From NCBI RefSeq assembly GCF_044704955.1, contig NC_091992.1, positions 37,076,001 to 37,140,000 of the forward strand: a DNA stretch of 64,000 nt, in the 5' to 3' direction. The notes under the pieces were generated by a model. That model did no database searches, was not told the DNA's origin, and saw nothing but the letters and a program-made list of their open reading frames with translations. Position numbers and translations under genes: made by a program. The DNA comes from Pristiophorus japonicus (Eukaryota). Below are positions 37,390 through 50,019 of the stretch, one piece after another. Position 1 is the first letter of the stretch; the number at the start of each line of letters is the position of its first letter.

Positions 37390-38194
37390 TCTAGGATAGA
37401 TGACCAAAAGCTTGGTAAAAAAGGTGGGTTTTAAAGAGCAGCTTACTGGAAGAGAGAGAGCCGCAGAGGTTTAGGGAGGAAATTCCAGAACTTAGGATCT
37501 AAACAGCTGAAGGCACTGCTGCCAATGGAGAAGTTAAGAGGCTTATATAATAATCCTTTTAGTTTATTGAATTGAGCCGATCAGTGGGTTGTCACCTTAT
37601 GTTTGTCTATATCTGAGGTCTGAACTCGAAAGGGTGCAAGAGGCCAGATAACAACTTGTGAATGTTTGATATCTGATTCAATTATGAGATACTTTTCCTA
37701 ATGTCTTTGTTCCAGGTGGAGATTCAGTAAGTGTTTTGGGAATTATACCACCATTACTGTTTGCCACAGTAGGAGATGGGTTGCAGGTAATTAAGAAGGT
37801 AATAATTGCTTCGGTGGTAAATCAAAAAATGAAAGAGATAATATGACAAATCCCTATATTACTTTGTCGTAACTTTATTATAACATCAACCAAACAGACT
37901 TCCCGAGGTGGAGTTAATTTTGACCCTTGGGTGACTTTGTGGCATTGTGCACGCTGCCAAACGGGAGTCCCGATGCGGCTCAACAGATTGAGGCTTCCTG
38001 ATATCGAGCTGCCCCAACCACCAACAAGGTAAGTGCGGAGGGAGGTGAAATCATGATTGCAGAGGATAGGGGTCCCGGAGTGACTCCTGCTCATCCAAGA
38101 CCTACAGAAATCATTCCAAACTTACCGTGGCTGTGCCTCTTCAGCAACACAGCGCACACCCTAACCAGTTCTGACTTAAATTAATAAGGGGCTA

Positions 38195-38970
38195 CTACCT
38201 ATTGTCCATTCCTAATTGCCCTTGAGAAGGTGGTGGTGAGCCGCCTTCTTGAACCGCTACAGTCCGTGTGGTGAAGGTACTCCCATGGTGCTGTTTGGGA
38301 GTTCCAGGATTTTGACCCAGTGACTATGAAGGAATGGCGATATATTTTCAAGTCAAGATGGTGTGTACCTTGGAGGGGAACTTGAAGTTGATGGGGTTCC
38401 CATGCGCCTGCTACCGTTGTCCTTCTAGGTGGTAGGGGTCATGGTTTGGGAGCTGCAGTCGAGTTGCTACAGTGCATCTTGTAAATGGTTCACACTGCAG
38501 CCACGGTGCACCGGTGGTGGAGGGAGTGAATGTTGAAGGTGGTGGATGGGGTGCCAATCAAGCCGGCTGTTTTGTCCTGGATGGTATCGAGCCTCTTGAG
38601 TCTTGTTCAAGCTGCACTCATCCAAGTAAGTGAAGAGTATTCCACCACACTCCTGATTTGTGCCTTGTAGATGGTGGAAAGGCTTTAGGGAGTCAGGAGG
38701 TGAGATACTCATCGCAGAATACCTAGCCCCTGGCCTGCTCTTGTAGCCACAGTATTTATGTGGCTGGTCCAGTTAAGTTTCTGGTCAATGGTGACCCCCA
38801 GGATGTTGATGTTGGGGGATTCGGCGATGTTAATGCTGTTGAATGTCAAGGTACGGTGGTTAGATTGTCATTGCCTGGCACTTATGTGGCACGAATGTTA
38901 CTTGCCACTTACCAGCCCAATCCCGAATGTCGTCCGGGTCTTGCTGCATGTGGGCATGGCCTGCTTCGTA
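38195..38970 (-). mobile_element. CR1/L2-group LINE 3' fragment (family of 1645-4085)
   Basis: Reverse complement aligns by eye with 3310-4040. Confidence 0.88.
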
Positions 38971-39504
38971 ATCGTTCTTCATCGGTGTTAACAGGACGGT
39001 AAGGCCACCGAAGACATTTGAAGCCGCTACCACTCAGTTAATGCCAGGTGACAGAAGACGACCACTCCCCAACCACTTGAAGTAAAGTACCTAAAATGAC
39101 AGAATGAGCCGACTAGCCGGTGCCCATTTCATATGGGTGCTGGGTGACTGATGCACATTTCAGGCGCTCTGACATTACGTGGTCATCAATTCATTTAACT
39201 AAATGTTATATTCTTAACAAACATTGGGGTCAAGTTTCGACCTGAGTTGCATCTATTTTTTTGGAGCAACTAGTTTAGAATGGAGTGTCTTAGAAATTGC
39301 AATTCTCGGCATTTAGTTTGCTCCAGTTCTAGTGAGTTAGAACAGATTTTTGTTTTCAAAAGGGGGCCTGTCCAGCCACTTACGCCTGTTTTGCAAGTTT
39401 AGGCAGCAAAAACTTACTCCAAACTAACTTAGAATGGAGTAAGTGTAGATTTTTGTAGGCTCAGAAAAACCTTGCCTGCACTTAGAAATCAGGCGTCAGG
39501 AACT

Positions 39505-40045
39505 TAACATAGAAACATAGAAAATAAGTGCAGGAGTAGGCCGTTCAGTCCTTCGAGCCTGCACCACCATTCAATAAGATCATGGCTGATCATTCCCTCA
39601 GTACCCCTTTCCTGCTTTCTCTCCATACCCCTTGATCCCTTTAGCCGTAAGGGCCATATCTAACTCCCTCTTGAATATATCCGATGAACTGGCATCAACA
39701 ACTCTCTGCGGCAGGGAATTCCACAGGTTAACAACTCTCTGAGTGAAGAAGTTTCTCCTAATCTCAGTTCTAAATCGCCTACCCCTTATCGTAAGACTGT
39801 GTCCCCTGGTTCTGGACTTGCCCAACATCGGGAACATTCTTCCCGCATCTAACCTGTCCAGTCCCATCAGAATCTTATATGTTTCTATGAGATCCCCTCT
39901 CATCCTTCTAAACTCCAGTGTATAAAGGTCTAGTTGATCCAGTCTCTCGTCATATGTCAGACCAGCCATCCCGGGAATCAGTCTGGTGAACCTTCGCTGC
40001 ATTCCCTCAATAGCAAGAATGTCCTTCATCAGATTAGGAGACCAA
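39505..40045 (-). mobile_element. Young CR1 3' fragment nested in the Harbinger element
   Basis: Uninterrupted 143-aa ORF KDILAIEGMQRRFTRLIPG...RVVNLWNSLP; TTCTATG tail; probable TSD AGGAAC. Confidence 0.9.
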
Positions 40046-40347
40046 AGGAACGAGAGATGGAGGGGGGAGGGAAGTTTACAAACATCACTTTTACAAATAA
40101 AGAGCCATCATCAATAATAAATGATAAATAAATCAATAAATCAACCAATAAATCAATCAAAAATCATAAAAAAATTTAAAAAATTAAAAAATCAATAAAT
40201 AAAAAATTAAGTTTCTACTCACCGACTGCAGCATCGGGAGCCCTCTAACAGCATGCTGGGATGCCCCCCCCCCCCCACCCCCAGTGTGTCTCTCTCTGTC
40301 AGTGTCTCTCTCTGTGTCTGTCAGTGTCTCTCTGTGTTTCTGACAGC

Positions 40348-40665
40348 GAGGGGTGGGGGGAGGAAGAGGGGAGGGAGGGAGGAAGGGGGAGGTGGGGAGG
40401 GGGAGGTGGGGAAGGAGAGGAGGGGGGAGAGGAGGGAGGGAGGAGAGGGAGGGAGGGAAGGAGGAGGCGGGGAGGAGGGGGAGGAGAGGGAGGAAGGGGG
40501 GGAGAGGAGAGGGAGGGAGGGGGAGAGGAGAGGGAGAGAGGGGGGAGAGGTGAGGGAGAGAGGGGGGAGAGGAGAGGAAGGGAGGGAGTGAGGGAGGGGA
40601 GGAGAGGAGCAGAGAGGAGGGGCAGGGAGGAGAGGGAGGGAGAGAGGCGGGAGAGAACCGGAGCA
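40348..40665. repeat. Polypurine (G/A) low-complexity tract
   Basis: ~300 bp of nearly pure GGA/GAGG repeats. Confidence 0.9.
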
Positions 40666-42042
40666 GGAGCTGAACGGGGGCAGGGCCAGAGCAGGAGCTG
40701 AAGATGAAGAGGAGGGAGGCCCGAGTCCTATCTTCACTGCCCCAGTGAGCCCATTCGGCCAGGGCTAGGGGCAGCGTGCTTCGGGTCCCTCCCACGCAGC
40801 CTCGGTAGCCTGGAGCTACTGCACGTGCGCGCGCACTCTAGCACATGTGTGCAGAGGTCTCGGCCCTGTTTTCAGCGCCGGGACCTGGCTCCGCCCCCCA
40901 CAGCTTGTGCGGCGCTGTGCCAAGGGCCTGGAACCTTCCAGCAGCGAGGAGAATACCGAGATAAGTTTTAGGCGCGGTTTTGAGCGCGGAAATCAGGCGT
41001 GGCTCGCGGGGCTGCTCTTTTCTAGGCGCGGCCCGAAACTTGACCCCATTGTGTGTGCAGGCCTACAGTGCAGCTTACTCTCCAGCCACTGAAATAGCTG
41101 CACAGCACCTGCTAATCTGGTTATTTGCATCTGATGCACAATTTAGTTACCAACACCAAACCTTTCAAAATCATCCGCCTTAAAAGAAAATTCTCTACTT
41201 AAAGGATGATAAATACTTGAAATAATATACGAGATGAGATTGAAGATGTTAAGTGAGTTCAAGAAGCAGTTGGGTCCTTGGCTGGTGCTCGGAATGCTGG
41301 AGGGATAAGCTGAATCGCCTTTTCTTGTCCATGACCTTTTCTTATGTTCTTATGTCAGACTACATGAGCCTAGTGTCCAATCTCATGTTCCATCCCCTTG
41401 ATAACTCGTTCCCTTTGTAACCTTTCTGTTTATGCTCCCTAATCTGCACAAAATTGTTGATTAATATGAAAAATGTCCAAAAGAAAAAAATCAGCACCTC
41501 TGGTCCTCTTGAATTTGGAGACAGACATTTAAGTGAAGTAAAATATTTGGCCTCAGTTAATATTTCAGTTCAACATCTTCAACAAAAACATTCCTGTTTC
41601 CTTCCATCCCACCTTATAGTACGTCAGAAAATAATACCTAAAGTTGGTTTCTGACCTATGTCAAGAATGATATACATTTGTGGATTGCCTTTCACTACGA
41701 CTGTCAGCCAGAATACAGATGAATTTGCTCAGCAGCTTATGACAGCAGCAATCCACAGGGGAGCGGGGGGCTGGGGGAGGGGAACAGTTTTCAATCTACC
41801 TCTTATAACAGCACCACAACTGAAGCCATGGGGGTACAGTACGTGCTCTGATTCTACAATTAGATTTACAGTCACGCCGTTATCGTCAAGATTCATTGTA
41901 AGAGGACAGGCTTCAGCAGCATCATGATAAAATGATAAACTAAAGCATTAAGTATTCAGAGGTGGATTTCCAGCCTCTGCACTCTCTTCCCCACCCCAAC
42001 ACTCCTCCATACCCCACCCCCCACACCGCTCCTTCCCCTCTC

Positions 42043-42240
42043 NNNNNNNNNNNNNNNNNNNNNNNNNNNNNNNNNNNNNNNNNNNNNNNNNNNNNNNNNN
42101 NNNNNNNNNNNNNNNNNNNNNNNNNNNNNNNNNNNNNNNNNNNNNNNNNNNNNNNNNNNNNNNNNNNNNNNNNNNNNNNNNNNNNNNNNNNNNNNNNNNN
42201 NNNNNNNNNNNNNNNNNNNNNNNNNNNNNNNNNNNNNNNN
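42043..42240. other. Assembly gap (N run)
   Basis: About 200 Ns; contiguity across it is not shown by sequence. Confidence 1.
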
Positions 42241-42302
42241 ACACGTACACACGCACACACAAACACACGCACACACACACATAAACACATACATACATGT
42301 AC

Positions 42303-42332
<30 letters not shown>
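42241..42332. repeat. (CA)n microsatellite
   Basis: Imperfect CA/CATA repeats abutting the gap. Confidence 0.95.
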
Positions 42333-42333
<1 letters not shown>

Positions 42334-42469
42334 GAGGCCTGGAGCTGCCTCCATGGACGCAATCGGTAAATTGCACCCAAAATGTGCTTGACACTGCTTC
42401 CCATCTGTCTGAGGTGAAATTGCACCCAAGCTTCTGTGTAAACTAATTATCAAACATCTTAACTGTACA

Positions 42470-44310
42470 TCAGGAAAACACAAATATTTAGAGAAGAACT
42501 GCAAGAAAGATTCCTAGCTTAAAGACCCTCAGCTAATCAGATAGGCTCAAAGACCTTGATCTATTTACTTTAGAGTAGCGTAGATTTAGAGGTCACCCAA
42601 TCGTGATCTATAAAATAATTGAAGAGTTGGATAGTTTGCCTAATGATAAATTGTTCCAGTTTAACCGATTGGGGAGGACCAGGGGACATAAGTTTTAACA
42701 ATTTAAGAGTAGGAATAGACTGGATGTGAGGCGATTCTTTGCTTCCTAAAGGGTAGTGAGCCTCTGGAATATGCTGCCGGCTGGTGTGGTGAGTGCTGAC
42801 TCTCTACCTTCAAGAGGGAACTGGACTAGTTCTTGACTGGGACAGCGATTGCATGAAATAGAAGGTAAGTGTCTTTATAGATAACACTTGGTCCATGTGA
42901 TCTTCGGGACAGATTTTGGACCACAATTTCGTTCAGAAGAATTTGCACAATTCACAAGCAAAAGTGGTGTGAAACATACCAAGGTTCCACAATACCACCC
43001 TGCTTCGAATGGGTGCAGTAGAGCACACTGTACAAATTGAAATGTGCCCTCATAAAACAAATGTTAGATCCAAATCCAAGGAAACGACAGCTGTCATTGG
43101 ATCACAAATGGCTAATTTTTTGATTACATATCGAAATACTCCTCATACAACTACTGGTAGAACACCAGCAGAGTTGTTTCTCAAACGACAGCCACAAACC
43201 AGATTCTCGTTGTTAAAGCCAAATTTGGCACAGTTCGTAGAAGAGACACAATTAAGACAGAAAGAGAATCATGATAGAGGTAGAGTAAAAGAGAGAAGTG
43301 TGAAATTAAACCAGAAGGTGAGAGTGAAGAACCATCACCATAAATGGTTAAAGTGGTTACCAGGAAGAGTGGTGAAGATATGTGGTCGTTGCACATATTT
43401 GGTAAAGATGTTTGATAATGCACAGGTTAGGTTTGTTCATATTGATCATATTTTACCTACAGACATGGAAGGAGTTGAAGGTGGGAATGATTCAATTATT
43501 TCTGACTCATCAGATAATTTTGATACACCAGAAGCAAATCTTAAATTCAAGGTACTGGAAACAAATCCAGGAGAGAATCAGGATGAAAGTCTGAGTCCGA
43601 GTCAGGAAAACAAAAAGCCTGAAGTTAGAGTGAGTTCAAATGAAAATCAAGGAAATTCCGTGGAGGAAAACGTTCCTCAGGATGAGCCTCGAATGAATGT
43701 GAAATCGACACCATGTTTGGAAGGTTCTGTTCAAGAGTGAAGGTATCCTCTTCGAAACAGAAAACAAGTGGTAAAGTTAAATTTGTAAATATGGAAAAAA
43801 ATAAGTTTATATCCTGTGTTATGTATAAACATGAAAGTTATGTATGATGTTGTTATAATAACTTCTTCATTAAGGAGGGAGAAGTGTAATATCTGTAAGC
43901 TTGTAATGTTTGTAGCTCCACACTGTGGATGTGGACGTATTGTGTACTGCAACTGCAGAGTTAATAATAAACAGAACCAGGCAGATTCCGGAGCTGTGTG
44001 TGCTGTGTTCTGTGAAGATATCACACATGATATAGAAGGTAAGTGTCTTTATAGATAACACTTGGTCCATGTGATCTTCGGGACAGGTTTTGATGGCCTG
44101 AGGTAATCGGAGAGAAATTTTCCACAGTATTTTGTTCCTTATTGGCCCAGGGTTTTTTCCTCTGTTTTTCCCCCTCTCCCAGGAGATTACATGGTTGCAG
44201 GGGTGGGGGGAGAGGTGGGCTGGGGGGGGGGAGAGAAGAAATATTTAGTCATGATGCAGGCTTGATGGACAAACTGTTCTTTTCCTGCCGATCAATTTTG
44301 TATGTTCTCC
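42470..44310 (+). mobile_element. Old CR1 3' fragment split by Gypsy fragment D (42470-42918 and 44026-44310)
   Basis: LDLFTLE*RRFRGHPIVIYKII, RTRGHK; the 3' UTR continues after 44026. Confidence 0.7.
42918..44025 (+). mobile_element. 5'-truncated Gypsy fragment D (IN C-terminal half, PPT, 3' LTR 43885-44025); same family as element C
   Basis: GPQFRSEEFA...YRNTPHTTTGRTPAELF...KWLPGRV; PPT AAGGAGGGAGAAG; LTR TGTAAT...ATCACA; closely matches the reverse complement of 62047-63175. Confidence 0.93.
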
Positions 44311-44869
44311 TTCCCTAAACTGTATAGATTATTTTTCTGCTACAATTCCTGGACAGGATTTTACAGTCTGCAGCGATCAACACAAGCACTTTTTTGTAGA
44401 TAAACTATCTCTCTAGCAGTTTTCATATATTAAGCACTGAGTCTCAAGATAATTCATTTTGAAGGATCAAATATATATTCACCAGTTTCAAGTATTTCAC
44501 TATTCCTCTTCCTCACCCTTAATGTTTTCCCCTGCTCCCTCCCCTGCCACCGCCCCCCCCCCCACCAATCCTCTCCTGAAGAGCTGAGGTACAGTTCCAG
44601 GATCTGAACATGAAGAACAAATATAAAAATTAGCTGATGCCGCAAAATTGGATGTATGGCAAGTTGTGCCGAGGATTGTGAAAGACTGCAAGAGGAATCA
44701 AATGGGCTATCAAGCTGGGCGACTAGGTGGCAGATGCAGTCAAATATGGAAAAATGAGAAGTAACGCCTTTTGGAAATAAAAACTGAGAAAGGAAATGTT
44801 CTGTTTTATTTTTTTACTCTATCTTCACTCAGATTCAGTGTCAAAGACCACTCATAAGCAATTTTTGCT

Positions 44870-45370
44870 CCCTACAACAACAACTTGCATTTATATAGAA
44901 ATCCTTAGCATCGAAAAACACCCTAAAGCACAACACACAGTTGTAAGCAGACAAAAATCATTGCCAAGCCAAAGAAGGAAACATTAGCAGGTGTGACTAA
45001 TAGCTTGATCAAAGAGGTGAGTTTCAAGGAGTATCTTAAAAGAAGCGAGGAATGTAGAGAGGTAGAGCGGTTTAGAGAGGGAATCCCAGAGTTTGGGGCC
45101 TTGATTGCTGAAGTTATTGCCACCAATGATGGGGCAAAGAGAGTGGGGGGTGCACAAGAGGCCGGAGTTGGAGAATCGCAGAGTTCTCAGAGGGTTGTAG
45201 GGCTGGAGAAGGTTACAGAAGTAGGGAAGGATGAGGCTATGCTGAGATTTAAACGGTGAGTATTTGAATTTTGAAGCATCTGGAAACCGAGAGCCAATGT
45301 TGTTCAACGATCACAGAGGTGATGGTTAGTGGGACTTGGTGAGGGATAGGATAAGGGCAACATAGTTCAG
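44870..45370 (-). mobile_element. L2 LINE 3' fragment
   Basis: PYFCNLLQPYNPLRTLRFSNSGLL...GPKLWDSL...LETHLFDQA; (CAA)n tail. Confidence 0.85.
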
Positions 45371-45809
45371 ATGAGCCTCCTGAGTTCAGTGACAACAATC
45401 AATTGCTCCATTCCATGACCAGCCAGTAGATGGTAGAATTGTGTTTCTCTATTCATCGCCTTCTGAAACAGTATTCTTTTATTTTTTTCCCCGGGTGGCA
45501 GTTGTTCTTCGAACGGTGTGCCCATTGTGTTGCCACCAACATTATGGGCACTTCTTTCCTGCTTTGTGGTCCTTCTGAACAAATTGCTATGCTTGTGGAG
45601 CACTGAATATATATACCGCTGACCCGCCAGAGAGCTGTGGGATATCTGTTCCTTTGCATGAAGATATCCCACTGGGAGTTGACAACTCTAGCCAGGTGTC
45701 TGCATGCAGCAACAACAACTTGTATTTATATAGTGCCTTTAATGTAGTAAAATGTTCCAAAGCTTGTTCAAAGCGGTAGGTTTAAAGAAGCATTTTAGAG
45801 GAGGGAGAG

Positions 45810-47430
45810 TAACATAGGAACAGGAATAGGCCATTCACCCCCTCGAGCCTGTTCTGTCATTCAATGAGATCATGGCTGATCTGTATCTTAACTCCATCCA
45901 GCTGCCTTGGCTCCAGATCCTTCTATACCCTTATCTAACAGAAATCTAGCAAGCTCAGATTTAAAACAATTAATTGAGCTAGCATCTACTGGCTTTTTGT
46001 GGGAAAGCCTCAATCAACTTACCCCATAACTTTCTACATTCCAGGGAATACCAGCCTAGTTTATGTAATTTGGCCCCATAATTTAATCCTTGGGGTCCTG
46101 GTAACATTCTGGTGATTCTGTGCTGCACGCCTTCCAAGACCAATTTATCCTTTCTAAGGTGCCCAGATCTGTACTACAGATGAAGTCTAACCAGGGCTTT
46201 GTATAGCTGTAGCAACACTTCCTCCCCTTTATATTCTAGCTCTCTAGTTATAAAGGCTAACACTCCATTAGCCTTTTTGATTTTTTTTTGTACCCGACTG
46301 CTACATTTTAGTAATCTGTGTATACTTCTAAATTTCTTTGGGCTTCCACTGTTCCTAGCTTTTCACCAATTAAATAATACTCGGATCTATCCTTTTATGG
46401 TCCGAAATCGATGGCCTCACATTTACCTGCGTTGAAATCCATCTGTCAGAATTTTGCTCACTCATTCATACATTCATACTTATGGTAATTCCATATATAC
46501 GGAGCCACCATAAGTATGAATGGGAATAAGCCCAAAAACACAGAAACACTGAAAATAACTAAAAGAAAAACATCACATATTTCAAATTAATAAAAATGGA
46601 ATTTAATTAATTATCTAAAACAAAAATTAAATTTTTTGAAAAATAAATTTACATCTTTTAAAGGGTCTAAAAAATAAACTTACCTTATTTAACAGGGTTT
46701 TAGATGTTTAAATTGTTTCTAAAAATGTATTTTTCTGTACTTTAAAAGTCTTACACTGATCATCGTAAGAATTTGAAGGACATTCACTGGCCAGGAGTTG
46801 GGCCCAACTCTCCACCCACGGAGCCCCTTTAATTGCGGATGCACGTGATCTGTGAAGTGAATTTTTGACAGATTGCAAGTTCCGGGTTTAGACGCATGCG
46901 CTTCGCATACCTAAACCCGGAACTGGCGGGGACCCCAAGGGCACGTGTGTACCTCGTACGTGCTGGTGCAGAGCTCACTTACAGGCCCATTGTGTCAGCA
47001 AGAGGATGTTAAAAGGGCGGGCAGGTTAAGGCTAATGTCACTGTGTTTGTGTGTTTGTTGAGAGGAGATTTGATAGAGGTGTTCAAAATCATGAGGGGTC
47101 TGGACAGAGTGGATAGAGAGAAACAGTTGCCATTGGCAGAAGGGTAAACAGGAGGTCACAGATTTAAGGTGATTGGCAAAAGAGCCAAAGGCGACATTAA
47201 GAAAAAACTTTTTTACACAGCAAGTGGTTAAGATCTGGAATGTGGTGCCTGAAATGGTGGTGGAGGCAGACTCAATCACGGCTTTCAAAAAGGAGTTGGG
47301 TAAGTATCTGAAGCAAAAAAAATGCAGGGATATGGGGAAAGGGCAGTGGAGTGGGACTAGCTGAGAACTGGCATGGGCTCGACAGGCCGAATGGCCTTCT
47401 TCCGTCCTGTAACCATTCTATGATTCTATG
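45810..47430. mobile_element. CR1 fragment (-, 45810-46460), partial Harbinger MITE (46470-46988), CR1 3' end (+, 47060-47430)
   Basis: CR1 tails and ORF remnants (KNFFTQQVVKIWN); MITE similar to 785-1308 and ending CAGGCCC|ATT. Confidence 0.75.
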
Positions 47431-48989
47431 AGATCAGAACCCTGGATCATGACTTACTGGTGACAATTAGCCTAATGCACATCAGCGTTATACTGCCCAA
47501 AGCTACTCTCTTTAAGCAGCATTCTGGCAGCGTGTGATAACTGTGCATTGTACCACCCTCCTGATATTTTCCGGTAACCCACAGTGCTGACACTCTTTGT
47601 AATGCCGGTAGTAATGTCACTAATGCATTTCATTTTATTTTATTAATAGCAGACTTGTCACATCATTCATGTTCCCATTCATCATCTGGCTGCTGCAGAA
47701 AAGCTACCACCAAGTAGAATACATATCCTGTGATGTTACTTATGGTAAGTCAGATGATGTACCATTTGATAGAGATAGGAGCATCACACTGTGCCATGTT
47801 CTGCTGCTGAGGTGCAACTAGGTTTGACTGGACCTTTCCCTTTAGATTCACAAAGACTAATCATTGTAAATAAGAGATCCTGAAGTCAATTAGAAGTTCA
47901 TTGCTCTTGGTGAGGAAACTTTGCAGATTGGGACATACTTTTAAACCTTGGGCTGCAGATCAGCAAAATATGTCAAATGACTGCTTTCCGTCTTTTTTTT
48001 AATACTTTTTACACTTTGAAGTGTGGCGGACTCAAAATATATATACCAGTGAATTGATGTGGCAATGCTGATGTTACATTGCATGATATGTGGTTTTATT
48101 AGAGCAGGGACATTATATTGTGTATTATTCTGCTGCTAAAGTGAAACTGCGTCCTTTTATGGCCACAATAATTACCGATAAGCAAACATTAGGTGAGGTT
48201 AGAATGCTTTGATTCTTACTGCACAGAAGTAGCCCATTCAGCCGACCCTTTGAAAGAGCTATCCAATTAGTCTTATTTCCCTACTCTTTCTCCATGGCCC
48301 TTTTTCCCCTTTTCAAGCATATATTTTTTAAGGTGATTGGCAAAAGAAGCCGAGGCGACACGAGGAAACTTTTTTTTTTTACACACAGTGAGTTGTTATG
48401 ATCTGGAATGCACTGTCTGAAAGGATGGCAGAAGCAGATATCAATAGCAACATTCAAAGAGAACTCGATAAATACTTGAAGGGAAAGAAATTGCAGGGTA
48501 TGGGGAAAAAGCAGGGGAGTGGGATTAATTGGATAGCTCTACCAAAGAGCCAGCACAGATATGATGGGCTGAATGGCCTCCTTCATAGAATCATTTTATA
48601 ATTCAATGATCAATTCCCTTTTGGAAGTTACTATCGAATCTGTTTCCACTGCCCTTTCAGGCAGTACATTCCAGAACATAACAACTTGCTGTGTAAAAAG
48701 ATTCTCCTCATCGCTCCTCTAGGTCTTTAGTCAATTATTTTAAATTTGTGCCCTCTGGTTACCCACCCAGCTGCCAGTGGAAACAGTTTCTCTGTAATTG
48801 TCTATCAGACTGGAGGTCAGACTTTTTAAGTGTAATAAGTATGGTCAATCAGGTGTTACAGGCAAGCTGGCGCCTGTCAATTAAAGCAGTTTGAATCACT
48901 GGGGAACGTTAAACATTCCAAACATGCTTTATAATATTTCTTCTTTTAGGTATGACACTGAAAATTGCGGTGTGACTCTTGAAATTTGA

Positions 48990-49415
48990 TAAAAAGAAAA
49001 ACTTTGATTTATATAGCACCTTTCACGACCAGCAGACGTCTCAAAGCGCTTACAGCCAATGAAGTACTTTTGGAGTGCAGTCACTGTTGTAATGTAGGAA
49101 ACGCGGCAGCCAATTTACATACAGCAAGCTCCCACAAACAGCAATGTTATAATGACCAGATAATCTGTTTTTGTTATGTTGATTGAGGGATAAATATTGG
49201 TCAGGACACCAAGGATAATTTCCCTGCTCTTCTTTGAAATAGTGCCATGGGATCTTTTACGTCCACTTGAGAGAGCAGACAGGACTTTGGTTTAATATCG
49301 TATCCGACAGTGCAGCACTCTCTCAGTACTGCACTGGAGTATCAGCCTAGATTTTTCATGCAACCTTCTGACTCAGAGGCGAGAGTGCTACCCACTGAGC
49401 CACAGCTGACACTGA
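48990..49415 (-). mobile_element. Full-length DeuSINE/SacSINE1-like SINE
   Basis: Reverse complement of the 7598-8050 family, including the TGTCAGCTGTGGCTCAGTGGGTAGCACTCTCGCC head. Confidence 0.85.
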
Positions 49416-50019
49416 CACTGGTGATGGATAATTGTGATGTACAGGAAATACAGACTCATATTACTAGATGATTTCTCCTGGTGTTTTACAATAAATCAAA
49501 TGATGGCTACTTTACAAAGACAGCAGCTTTATATTATGTAATGTTGGAAGTATTATTCTGCTGGTAAGGTGATGTTGTGTCCCTTAAGGGCACAAAGTCT
49601 ATTTGCTGTCAAGCAAACACTGGGTGAGTTCATATAGAGGTTATTGAAAGGCTTCAAAAATGATGGCTCTGGTATATTGCATTCCTGTGTAAAAAAAAAT
49701 TATGTTTATATTGTTTAAATGTTTTGATATAAAAAAACAATTTATTCTCACTTTTATCCAGTGAAATTTTGTCAATTACTAATGTTTCCAGAATTTATCT
49801 CAGAAAATATTATTAGCCTCAAATAAAAGCCTCAAAGCCAAATTGAAAATTGAAATGACTTGATGCATGGATAGCAGTCAAATCAGGAGTTAGCAAGGCA
49901 TTTATGAAAATAACTAGTCAGCAATTCGTCTCCCTTCTGGGTAAAACAAACTGAAATACCATTTCTCCACTGAGAAAAAATAAACATTTCGATATTGATT
50001 TTGTAACTACAGATAAAAA

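Larger units (their letters stand above)
39226..41047. mobile_element. PIF/Harbinger-type non-autonomous element, TSD ATT
   Basis: TIRs GGGGTCAAGTTTCG and CGAAACTTGACCCC; ATT at 39223-39225 and 41048-41050; contains a nested CR1 and a GA-rich tract. Confidence 0.88.

Noticed and set aside
40184-40795. Long Pro/Leu/Ser and Gly/Glu/Arg ORFs
   Set aside because: Artefacts of the polypurine tract inside a MITE.
41940-42504. ORFs spanning the N run
   Set aside because: Produced by the gap and the (CA)n repeat.
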